From positions 240,374,001-240,438,000 of the forward strand of contig OZ024742.1 in NCBI GenBank assembly GCA_964016885.1: a DNA stretch of 64,000 nt. Reading direction: 5' to 3'. Source of the stretch: Eledone cirrhosa (taxonomy: Eukaryota). Below are positions 51,247-63,192 of this stretch, one piece after another; positions within the stretch are counted from its first letter, which is position 1; every line of letters begins with the position of its first letter. Made by a program: the position numbers and the translations under genes. Below the pieces are notes generated by a model. It searched no databases, was not told where the DNA came from, and saw nothing but the letters and a program-made list of their open reading frames with translations.

Positions 51247-51975
51247 ATGGACAACGGGGCAAAAGACATCTCCAAGGCTGCCATTTCCAACAATGAAGAC
51301 AGAAATAAAACCCCACAAACTATTTCCGACGCAGCCAATGCAACGGCATTGCTGGAATTAATGGAGAAGACAGGCTTCAATATGATGCAAGAAAATGGTC
51401 AAAGGAAATTTGGTCCTCCACCCGGTTGGAGCGGTCCCCCTCCATCTCGGGGTTGTGAAGTTTTTATTGGTAAAATACCTCGGGACTGTTTTGAAGATGA
51501 ACTCGTCCCAGTTTTTCAGAGAATCGGTCGTATATACGAGTTCCGTCTCATGATGGATTTCAGTGGATTTAATCGTGGGTTCGCCTTCGTCATGTACACA
51601 GACAAGTCCAATGCTCGGACAGCCATCAAAGAGCTGAACAATTTCCAAATTCGAAAGGGCCGTTTCTTAGGAGTGTGTGCCAGTGTGGACAACTGCCGGC
51701 TGTTTGTAGGTGGCATCCCAAAAATGAAGCAGAAAGAAGAGATCCTCAATGAAATGAGGAAAATCACTGATGGTGTATCTGATGTTATAGTTTATCCAAG
51801 CGTACATGACAAGAGCAAGAACAGAGGATTTGCCTTCGTGGAGTACGAGAGTCACCGGGCGGCAGCTATGGCTCGTAGGAAGCTGATCCCTGGTCGTATT
51901 CAGCTGTGGGGGCAAAATATTGCCGTAGATTGGGCAGAACCCGAGCAAGATGTAGACGAAGAAATAATGGCTACA
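51247..51975 (+). CDS. RBM46: RBM46/RBM47/APOBEC1-complementation-factor (A1CF) family RRM protein, first coding exon (N-terminus, RRM1, RRM2)
   Basis: gcaccATGg start with an in-frame TGA 12 nt upstream. 243 codons ending DVDEEIMAT|gtaagt. Motifs [83 protein letters not shown]. Family is certain. The symbol reflects closest recalled similarity, and the gene may be co-orthologous to RBM46/RBM47/A1CF. Confidence 0.93.
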
Positions 51976-52094
51976 GTAAGTTTTTACATTATTTTTGGAG
52001 GGGATGAGTGAACAATTATTTATCTTTGTTGTTCTCTCTCCTCTCTTTTTTTCGTCACTATATATATATATTTTCATTATACACACATATATTA

Positions 52095-52147
<53 letters not shown>

Positions 52148-52157
52148 ATAATGCATG

Positions 52158-52197
<40 letters not shown>

Positions 52198-55100
52198 GCA
52201 TAGGCATGTACATAGGATGTACACTGATCAATAGATGTATAAACTGAATGAAAAAATTGTCATCGAATTCCATGAACAATGGTTTGAATTGTATAATGCG
52301 GATCATAAATTTTAGTTAAATTTTATTCAATATTCCTGGATAATTTCTTATTCATCTGACCGAAGCAGGATTCTCAAACGTTTTACTTGATAGATCCGCT
52401 TGTAACAACATTTAATTTCTTTCATTTCACCCTCAAACAAATTAAACTAATATAAAATTACATAACGTAGCTAATTTATCAAAGTTTTAGTTGAGAAATA
52501 AATTGGTAAAATATCAAGCATTCTACTCGGTGTATCTGGCAGCTTATCTTACATGATCCAACGATTTTTTTTTCTCCCGATATAATGGGATTTTTAATAC
52601 ATGCAAACTAGTTAATTCATTCCCTGTGAATCCCTAGGAGTGTGTTTGAACCACTTTAAGAAGCTCTGTATTAGAAATCGGAGATCAACAGAACTGTATC
52701 AACCCAAACCCCCTCCCTGAACCCCCCCCCCCCCCAAAAAAAAGAATCACACCGTCAATTATTTGTTTTGAAATTTTGGTTAGTAATCATTAAATCTGGT
52801 TTTATCATAGGCCTTCGTGTCAAGGTCTTGAGAGTAATAGTGGTTAGGCGGAAACTATGTGGAAGTGTGGTCCAATTTTGTCACACTATTTCACGTTGAT
52901 TTGGCTTGGTAATTACGTTAAGGATACGCGTGTCTGTAGAATGCTCAACCACTTACACGTTAATGTAAGGAGTTGATCGAACAATTCAATGTTCATTGTC
53001 GAAACTGACGGAGTATCCTTCATGTCACGTACACCTATCCTGATGCTTTTTTCTTCGACCTTCCAACTTACCTCATCTTCTAACTTGAATCTTTTCTGAT
53101 GAAGGACTAACGTCCGATGCGTTGAGGCATTTCTTTTCCAACAAGCGTGAAACTAATAAGACTGTGTAATTGTATCTATGCTAGTCATTTTTTTATCTTG
53201 AACTATATATATATATAAATCTGTTCATCTATAGTGTTTTGCCCCATAGTGGGGTGTACGTCAATATATATGTACATACATGCATGTATTTAAATTTTGT
53301 TCTAATTAAAAGATGTCCAGATACTTGTAAACTTAAAGTTTAGCAAGAGAAATCTCTCTCTCTCCCTGTATGTATATCTATATCTCTCTCTATATATCTA
53401 TATATATATATATATCTATATGTGTATATATATATATATATATTCGGAGATGGTCTGCCGTAACAACAACACCGATTTCGCGGGCCATCTCCAAATTAAA
53501 TATTTTCTCTGTGTTTGCCGTATGCAATCCGAACCTGCCTGATGATTTCGCCGGTATTTTACATAACCAGGCTTTTGAAATATATAAGGATATCCCCAGT
53601 CCGACCTCCTGTTGTTTTAATCATATTAATATATACAAATTTAATGTATCAAAACGTCAATTATGCCTGATATTTGTGCTTCTCAATAGAAAAGCTGTGT
53701 GTGTAAAGAGTCGAGACCCGATGGTTGAGCTCTTTCCGTTTCAGTATATATATATATATATATATATAACTATTTAAGTAAAATCTCTATATATGTGTAA
53801 GAGAAACTATTTTTGTATGGTAAAACAACTATTAGTTGTACGTGTTTGTATTATAAAATATGTTTAAATGTGTTTATTCTCATAAACGCAGATATAAATG
53901 TTAACAGATAGATAGATAACTAAAGAGAAAGAAAGAGCGAAAGGAAGGGATTGAGAAACTAATTACTGTATATGTGTGTCTCTCACCCATTTTCATGATA
54001 TAGTTATTGTATTAATGAAATCCGTGTTCATGTTTTATATTATATATTACCGGCATTGTCATTTTCCAACTTTTTGCTTGTTTCCTTTTATCATGAACAG
54101 GATTTTGGTACGTATTTTCATATATAGATAGGATCTAAGCACTAAAATCAATTGTCTGGAAGTGGGTTCTGTGGGATAAGCTGTCTTGAGGCTAACCTTG
54201 ACAATAAGATCTATTTTAAAGAAAATAAAAATTTATCCGTCGATACACAGGATTGATTTCACACGCTTCTCTCTCTCTCTCACACGCACACGCACACGCA
54301 CACGCACACGCACACGCACACGCACACGCACACACGCACACACACACACTACATACAATGAATCGAGATGTTTCACTTTTCTTTTGATAAAATTTAATGT
54401 TTTATTTTATGAATAATTCTTGTTAAAGTAATGTTTGTTTAATTTAATATCTTATGAAATTATAATGGTGGAGATGGTTCGTAAAATATAGATACGAGTT
54501 CCGCGAATTTTGAAAAAATCGTGTAAGAAGGATCCCATTGGTCTTAAATGGTGTGGATCAATATATCAACAGCCCTTTTTTTTCATATAACTTTTGCATC
54601 CGTCTTTCGTCTTTTTCCCCCTTCACATTTGTAAACACCAGGAGTGAAATCCGGGTGTGACAAATACACATAAAAAGTGACACAGATATTTTACTGCTAA
54701 GATTTTAGTCGATATGTGTGTGTGTGTGTGTGATACATTTCATTTATTTATAAATAAAATGTGTTGTGTCTATCAGAAACTCAAGCGATCTGAACGAAAT
54801 GTCTTCCAACGGTGTTTACTTTAAGTCATATATCTCCTATACGTTCTGATTTCAAATTGCTCTGGTGATAATTTTCGTTGGAAACAGTTCTAGTTACATA
54901 TAATATACCCAGAAAGATTCAGTTGACTAAACCCCCTTAAGTACCCCACCCTACACTTAGGTTTGTATTCTCTCCTCATTACTTTCCGAGATCTCCGGTG
55001 TTGCTGAAGAAAGAGCTCCATTAGGTGGAATGGTTGATGCAACGGGTGTCGCTGGCTGTTCTCCCCAGGAATTTTTTCGCCATCCTGTCCGTCCAGCCAA

Positions 55101-56711
55101 GGGTGTAGAGTTTGCTCTATCCTTTCCTACTTTTCATTATTTACCCCCCCCCCCCTATTTTGCATCTGTTTTTTTCTCTTCCTGTTAATTATTTTAATCT
55201 TTAAAAAAATGTCATTATTGCCGATGAGTGAATTTCTATAACACCCGACTGACTTAAATACTTTTGTAACCCCGTTTAAGGTATACAATGATGAAAAAGA
55301 CTCGATGGTCATGGCTGGATCACCTTTATTCACAGTCCTGCTCAATCAGGTCTTACTTTGTGTTAAGCAATAACACTAAAGCAAAATATATAGCTAGCAC
55401 CGTTAAGCTGCAGACAAGTGAAGTATGCGGCTCAATTCCCATTCCCTATTTGACAGTTTATTTTGTGTACAATTATTAATCCCCTCATCACCAAAACCAG
55501 ATTATTCTTAAGGCTGACTTGACTGAAGTCTAGGGGCTCTGCGGGGTCGATGAGCCTGTAATTTTATTTATGTTTTTTATTTTTTTTATGTAGTGGGGTG
55601 AAAAATTAAAGTACTGGACTGTATTAATGCATGGCCGTGTTCCTATGCTTTCAGGCATTTTAGGGTCCATCTGGCATTTTAATCTTTCATCCACTACAGT
55701 GAAAATAAATTGATGAGAAATTTATTTGACCAGGCCATGTAGAATAATATAATGTGATAGGCTACTGTGTAGGCATCTTGTCTCAGAACATAATGAACAC
55801 TTAATTCCACATGCCTCAGTTGATAGGACAAAAATAAAGTTACAGCTCAGACCTCAGTAGGTGTAACTAGTCTCTTTCAAAGTCACATCTCATGAGCGGT
55901 TTCTTGGGAGTTTTAGTGATAGGGGCTGTAATCATTTCATGAGATGCAACATGAAGCAATGTGGCCTATTCTTGAGCAAAACACTTTATTTTACATTGCT
56001 CCAGTACACTCTACTGAGAGTGAGAACCAGCAGTAGCTGGCAAGTTAATCCTACAAAAGACCAGTGCCCTATCCAGAGAGAGTCTTGTACTCTCAGTCAC
56101 TTAATGCCAAAGAAACCAAGGATAAGCACCAGCCTGATGATCATTTGGCTTAGAACAGACTTAACATGTAATGAACTATCTTTACACACAAAAAAAAACA
56201 CGATACACTGCCTGATCCAGGAATCAAACCCATGACCTTCTGATCTTGAGTCCAACACCCCTAACCACTATTCCACACACACCTTCAGTGGATTGGGATG
56301 GTATAGATTCTCTGGGAATGTCTTATAAGAATTGCTCCTTTAAAAATGTTCATGTGTCTTTGCTGGTCTTGACAACATATATTAGTTATCATGAATGACA
56401 CTTAACAAGGCAATGGGAGATGTTTTGTTTTAGGTATATAAAATGGTTGACACTAAAATGAAAGGGAAAGAAAATTTTTTTGGTAAATTTATAGAACACT
56501 CAATTATGTGATGAGGCTGGCCTTTAAAATTACAGGTATAACTAATTTTTCTAGCTGAATGGACTGGATGGAGCAATGTGAAATAAACTGTCTCATTGCT
56601 GAGAACCAAACTCATGATCTTTATGATCATGAGCGAAACACACTAACCACTATGCCATGCTCTGTCATACATTGAAGGTGCAGTCGTAAAGTCTTTGGAT
56701 ATGAATCCTGT

Positions 56712-56928
56712 TTAACCCTTTAATGTTCAAACCGGCCAGAATTCTCTACCTCTTTCTGTTGAAACTGGCTGTAACTGGTCGCTCAAACTGATGTTAAGGT
56801 TTCGTTCTCAAAATAAATACTTTCAAAATCTCATAGATTCGATATTATGTGAAATATTATGCGAGGTAAAGCCTTTACCATGAAAATATAATAGTATATA
56901 TAGAGTAATGTGAATGCTAAAGGGTTAA
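56712..56928. mobile_element. TTAA/piggyBac-type MITE, family 1
   Basis: TTAAccctttaatg...aatgctaaagggTTAA with the family body. Confidence 0.85.
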
Positions 56929-57037
56929 TATATGTATTTTTAGTGGCTTTGACGATGTATAACCACAAACATCATCATTGGATAGAATTAGTTTGGCAAA
57001 GCTGATGGGCTTCCACTGTTTCCATCTACCACAGCTA

Positions 57038-57385
57038 TCATCATCATCATCATCATTTAACGTCTATTTTCCATGCTAGCATAGGTTAGATAGGTTGTCG
57101 CATTAGAGGCAAATCAGGTCAGGTGACTGTGTCTTGCTCATATAGGACTTTCTGGCTAGGTTTCTATGACTGGATGCCCTTCCTAACGCCAACCACATTT
57201 ACAGTGTGTGCCGGGTGCTTTTTACCGTGACACCTACATGACCACTTTACAGTATGGGCTGGGTACTTTTTGTCGTGACACCTATACGACCACTTTACAG
57301 TGTGGGCTGGGTGCTTTTTGTTGTGACACCTACACGACCACTTTACAGTGTAGGCTGGATGCTTTTTTATGATACTAACATGACT
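57038..57385 (-). mobile_element. SINE with RTE-like (GAT)n 3' tail, third family
   Basis: catcatcatcatttaacgtctattttccatgctagcat...ggatgcccttcctaacgccaaccac. Relatives at 1809-1958, 16685-16880, 22647-22800, 33483-33740 and 41250-41410. Confidence 0.8.
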
Positions 57386-57976
57386 TAACTGTGTTATGGT
57401 GGTGTGGACAGAAGTTTGTTGGTGCGTGGGAGGTGTATAGAAGGGTGAATAGTGGTTAAGAGGTGCCTACAAGATATATGTTCGAGTCCGTACACATAGG
57501 ATGGTATAGTAAAAGATACTTGCTCAATATGCTGCTCCATAAGATCAAACCTTAGGATCTCATAATTTCAAAGCGAAATTCTTAATCACTTGGCCACAAT
57601 GTAGAGCAGCTAGATAATATAATATTGTAAAGTTTCTAAATATATGATAAATTCCTTTTCACATCCTTATATTATGAAGAGGGACGCAATATTGTTTCCC
57701 AAATTATTTTTTACTTGCAGTATACTTTAGAACAAGCATATTTTGGCACATTTTGTACCTAAATTCAAAAATTTATTCAAAAGAGATATTTATACATATT
57801 AGCATTGCATAAAGTAGAAATATAGATAACTGAAAATTGAAAAATAAAGAATAATTCTTTACACTTTCTTCTTCAGTCAAGAAATAGAGTAAAATCATGA
57901 ATGAGAACACCATGCACTTGGTGTTTTTTTTTTTTTTTAAATGTTTACATTTAGTTGTTTCCCCCAGTTATATATA

Positions 57977-58470
57977 CAGGGTGGGTGGAAAGAAACTCCT
58001 TATTGAAAATTACTTATAACGTTGGGCCTACTGTGACCCCTTGGGACAACATCAATGACCTCATATTCATGCAAGATGATGTGAGCTCCTTCTCATTTTG
58101 AATACACTGTCTGTGAGTGGCTTGATGTCCTGTCCATATGAATAGCCAGTAAAAAGCCCTAACTTAACACCATGTGATTTTTTTTCCCATAGGTGTGGGT
58201 GAAGGGAGAAGTTTATAGGTCAAAACCAAAAGCTCTCAGTTGGAGAAATGCATTTGTCATACTGACCAATTTGCTGCCTGAATTCCTGATGAAGTCAGTC
58301 GAGGATATACCCAGACAATTACAAACACTGGTGGACAATGCTGGTGTCTATGTAGAATTTTACTGCGCTGTACTGTACTTCTACTATTATACTGTTCAAA
58401 ATAAAACATGTTTTATGAAAATCGTCCAATAATTAATGAAGTTATTAACAATTTTAAATAGGGAGTTCTG
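57977..58470 (+). mobile_element. Decayed Tc1/mariner-superfamily transposon remnant
   Basis: TA-cagggtg start. Degenerate inverted ends (gaaactccttattgaaaattacttataac / gttattaacaattttaaatagggagttct). Peptide relics FMQD.., SPNLTPCDFF and WVKGEVYRSKP are typical of the DDD/E C-terminus. Confidence 0.75.
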
Positions 58471-59494
58471 TATTGTGTATTTCAATTTATATTTTTCACA
58501 TTTTACTTATTTGCGGCATACCTAATTTCATTTTGCAGCACACTAGTGCGTCGAACCCCACATTTTGGAAAACACTGAGGTATGTTATCAAAATGTTCAT
58601 GGCAGCAGTATAACAAAGATGTTTAAGTGTCATAAATGATTTTTGACATGAGTAACAAAGACAAAAATTGAGAGTAGTAAACAACAACCAATAGCTTAAA
58701 ACAAGTAATTGTGTTATCAATGGGTTCATGACAAAAATCCCACTCGACAGTCCCCACCCCATAGTAAAAAATAAAACAATTTGAAATGATTATGCTTATA
58801 TACTTTTTGTTTATTCTTTATCTAGTAAATTACAATTTATAATGAATGTTAACTATTAAAACCTATACATAGATTTTGTTTTATCTCATAGTGATACATT
58901 TTTTACTATGTGGGACTTTTGAATTGGTGGGGTTTTCGTCCGAGTTTTTTGTCAGAGGTATTTATCCATATTCTGTTATTGATATGGGAAGATTTGTAAG
59001 ACAAAGTTAATGTTAGAACGGAAAAAACAGGTCGTAACTAAATACCGTAAAATTTTGTCCACCACTCTATCAATTTTACCATCCACTGCATGTGGATGAT
59101 TTGTTTTAGGTATATAAATGAAAGTGAATTAAAATGAGAGGAAAACCCAATAATAAAATGAAAGTGAATTAAAATGAGAGGAAAACCCAATAATAAAATG
59201 AAACTGGATGATGTGTTTCATCGGGGACTTTATTTTCTGGTGTTCATATCTGACTAAGACAGTCACCTTATTGAACTAATTTATTGGTAGGTAGCATTAG
59301 TCTGCTGACAGTCTGTTGTGAAGAAGTACATGAAAATACATAATTCAGAAATAAATTTTCACTAATATTTTGCCCCCCATCACGGGATTTTCTTTGCCAT
59401 TTAACATTTTTTATTTTCCACTGAAATTGTGAGGGGTGTTTTATAATAATACCCAAAATTTAATTTCTATTCACCTTCTTCCTACAAATTAATT

Positions 59495-59850
59495 GAATCT
59501 CGTATAGTTGAGCTCCTCCGCAATATCGAAACATCTGTGGCCCATCTTAGGAAGGAGCCCGCGAGGTGTGGTGGCTTTTGCAGCAGGCGTCGCTGGCCAT
59601 TGTCCGCGGGAATGCTTTTGCAGGTTTGTCCACGGGGCACAGCCCCATTACTGCCGCTCCCTAGACCTATAGCCCAATCTCCCTCTCATTCTTTTGTGAC
59701 ACCAGAGTCCTTGTCACCCACCCCCGTTTTCCGTTTTTTTTCTTTTTCTATATATTTTCCTATTTTACATTCCATTCTTCTCAATCTAAATTTTCTTTTT
59801 TTCTTTTTCTATTAAACTGTATTTACATGATATATTCCATAAATAAATAA
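59495..59850 (+). mobile_element. CRE-like 3' fragment
   Basis: IVELLRNIETSVAHLRKEP(R)EVWWLLQQASLAIVRGNA with one frameshift, then a T-rich tail ending near aataaataaaa. Confidence 0.7.
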
Positions 59851-60069
59851 AATTACCTTAGTACCAGAGTCGTATTTAATAATTTATTTAATTGTGTTTA
59901 ATACAATTTACATGAGAAAAGAATTAGTAAATTTTTATTGCTTGAATTAATTTTTAATTGTAAGGATGGGTTTGATGGATCTTTTTAGTTAGAACCATAC
60001 TGTTTGTTCCTTTAAATGACATAACTCTAGTGGCCATCACAGTAAATTGTTGTTATTATATCATCCATC

Positions 60070-60360
60070 TCCATGACAAGTGTTATGGAGTTCTCAGTGG
60101 GGGGAACCACATTACAGCCGTCTCTATGACAGGTGTTACGGGGTTCTCGGTTGAGGACACCACATTACACTCATCTCTGTGACAGGTCTTATGGAGTTCT
60201 CAGTGGGGGGGGGGGGAACCACATTACAGCCGTCTCTATGACAGGTGTTACGGGGTTCTCGGTGGAGGAACCACATTACACCCGTCTCCATGACAGATGT
60301 TATGGGGTTCTCGGTGAGGAAACCACATTACACTCATCTTATGGAGTTATCAGTGGGGGT
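60070..60360. repeat. ~53-bp minisatellite, ~5.5 copies, alternating unit types
   Basis: Units start at ~60082, 60135, 60188, 60247 and 60299. Confidence 0.92.
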
Positions 60361-60764
60361 TCAACGAAATTAATGTGCAACTGGCTGAGCATTCCATGGA
60401 CACTCATTATTAATGCAGTTTTTGGGGAGATTCAATGTGACAGTGACAAGGCTGGCCATTTAAATTACAGGAACAACTCATTTTCTCCAGCTAGGTAGAC
60501 TGGAATAAGATGAAATAGTGTCTTGCTCAGTGACACTATGGGCCGCCAGGAATTGAACTCATGACTTTATGATAGTGAGCTAAATACTTTAACTACTAAA
60601 CCACACATCTTTACATAAAGAACAACAAAAATAACACAAGATATTTACATGACAAGAAAGCATACTGCAGCAGCACCTGTACATCATATACTTTGACAAA
60701 GTGAAAGTGACCGATTTATAACTGATTAATAAATCTCTGTTTCTCTCTCTTTCTCTCTCTCAGG

Positions 60765-61560
60765 TTTTTTGGAAGCATATTTAATAGCTAAGGGCCTTTG
60801 AACCCCAAGCTATTGTAATATCTGATCCCTATTCTAGATGTGGGTGTTGGGACCTTTGATGCTACACAGTGGCATCCTGTTCAAGTGTTGGTTTAGCTCT
60901 CAATGCCATTGGTGGCAGCCCATCCAGCAACATCCATAGGTATATCACTGGGTATCTTTCAATTCTTTGTTCCAGGGAGTAGAGTTTTAGTTCTTTTAGC
61001 CTCTCCCAATAAATTACCTTTTTCATTGTGGTAATCTTGGTGTTAAATTAACTGCAGAACTTGAAAAAATCCAATGAAGCTACACCGTGTGGTGAGCATA
61101 GTTGGAAGCAATAATCCAGTTGGCTGAGGACATGTCTGCTAGAGGACCAATGTGGTTTCCTGGTCTCTTATGCTGAAAGACCCCAGAATCCATCTGGTCA
61201 GTTGTCTGCACATGAAATGACATAATTCCTCATATAAGTTCCTAGGTCCTGCACTGATTTTGATTTAGGGATTTCAACCCGTCCTGATCTAGCATAACCT
61301 TGTAGTGAATTTGAATTGGGAGGACTGGAAATTTTCTGGTATTAAGCTGCATAATGTTGTCCTCAGTTCATTTGTATATGGCCTCCAAAGCGAGTAGCAT
61401 CAGCCTAATTCTTGATTTCCTGCGCTACTGTTGTGTCATGAGAATAGCTAGTGATGGAGATTGGCTGTACTGCCAAGAGCATATCTGAGAAAGCCACTAC
61501 AAACAGCAGTGTCTCAAGAAAGTTTATTGAGGGATACCATTTGCTATGCCAAAACTATTT
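60765..61560 (-). mobile_element. CR1/L2-group LINE fragment (RT C-terminus)
   Basis: Minus-strand relics WILGSFSIRDQET and VLSQLDYCFQLCSPH. A second related fragment (WILGTF.SRDIHTIILLF) lies on + at ~61990-62190. Confidence 0.65.
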
Positions 61561-61629
61561 ATTTTGTAACATATCATTCCATAACAATGTTGTCTCTGAT
61601 TGAGACGAAGCGAGAGTGCATTTGAATAT

Positions 61630-61921
61630 ATATAAAAATGAGAAAACTTGTTGCTAGAACAGCCGTTAAAACAACTAAATGCTGTCAAAGACAGCAGTGG
61701 GCAATAATGTCTCAGAGGACAGAGACCAGCAGCTAATGTTCAACAGAGAGACAATCCACAAGTGACAGGTAGATGAAATATAGAAAATATTGTGGATTGT
61801 CTCTTTGTTGACTACTGACTGCTGGTCTCTGTCCTCTGAGACATTTTTGTCCACCGCTGTCTTTAACAGCATTTACCTGTTTTAACAGCTGTTCTAGCGA
61901 TGAGTTTTCCCATTTTTATAT
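61630..61921. repeat. Fold-back inverted repeat: 132-bp arms, 28-nt spacer
   Basis: 61630-61761 against the reverse complement of 61790-61921 gives 17 mismatches and no indels by manual alignment. Confidence 0.95.
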
Positions 61922-62964
61922 GTATATCATTCCATGATCAATCTTTCATGTGTGTTGTGTGAGCATAGCCTTATCTTTTTTCTTACCATATTCAGATGAA
62001 AATCTCGGAGTAATTGTCAATAACAAAGTTGACATGGCCTGCAGGTTGTGTTCCTGGATTCTAGGAACTTTCTGATCTAGAGATATTCACACTATCATCC
62101 TTCTCTTCTTTAACTTTGCCTGGTCCCTTAAATATTGTTGGTCTCCTCACACAAAACAAAATATTATGAAAACTGAAGCAACTCAGGGGTCAATTACAAA
62201 AAAGATACAAAGACACACAGTATGACTAACTGGGGTTGACTAGAAAAATACAACTCTACTCTCTCCAACACCACCATGAGTGTTACATCATTTGTATGAC
62301 GTTGAAAATATTCCATGCAGAAACAGCACCTAAATATTTCTACCACACACACACATGACACAACACGACACGGCACTGATGATAATGATAATGATGATAG
62401 TGATGACCTCTATTATATATATTTTCAAATTTAGGTACAAAGTGCGCTAAAATAAATATTCTTGTTCTAAAGTACGCTGTGAGTAAACCGAAATAAAAAA
62501 GAAAAGAAAAGAATTTGGGAGCCACTGCTCTACTTAGAGGGAGGACATTACACATTTTATAATGTAGTCCCAGATAGGATGTTCATGCTTTTGTTTGTAT
62601 GTCTATTTAATCAGTGCTGACTTGAGGCAAAGTAATTGTTGATATTAACTTAATTCCAATCAAGCTGACCTATATGATCAAAAACATTACAGTTGTTACC
62701 AGTCTGAGTTGGAGGGGGTGATGTGGAAAGTCAAGCATAGAGAGGTCATTGTGCCCTTGATACAACCCTTTATGGTATGATTTCTACAGCTGGATGCCCT
62801 TCCTATCACCAACCACCTTACAGGATATACTGAGTGTTTTTTTGTGGCACCAGTACTAGAGAGGTTATGTTGTGACTGAAGGGTCCTACAACTTTTTTAG
62901 CATGATTTCTAGAACTGGAAGCCCTTCTTAACTCCAACCCCTTTACATAATATCAATTTCAATT

Positions 62965-63192
62965 AGTTGTGGTGTGCAGGAGAGAAGACTGAGATGGTAT
63001 GGACAGTAGAAGGAAGACGCAGTAGAGGTAGACCACGTAAAACATGAGCAAAGGTGGGCAGAGCAGAGCTCAGATTGCTGAAGCTCACGGAGGAGATGAT
63101 GAAGGACCATGACAAGTGGAGAGAAGCTGTGCTGAATAGGACCCGTCCCACCCTTGCAAGCAGGGAAAAGTGGACATAAAATGATAATGATG
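62965..63192 (+). mobile_element. RTE LINE 3' end
   Basis: VEGRRSRGRPRKT relic followed by the tail cccgtcccacccttgcaagcagggaaaagtggacataaaatgataatgatga. Confidence 0.8.

Noticed and set aside
51976-52011. ORF-track extension of the RRM protein to a stop at 52011
   Set aside because: Similarity ends at a consensus gtaagt donor at 51976, so the extension is intron read-through.
58185-58432. Acceptor-like ttttcccatag followed by a 79-aa ORF as RBM46-like exon 2
   Set aside because: The peptide matches a Tc1/mariner transposase C-terminus, not RRM3.
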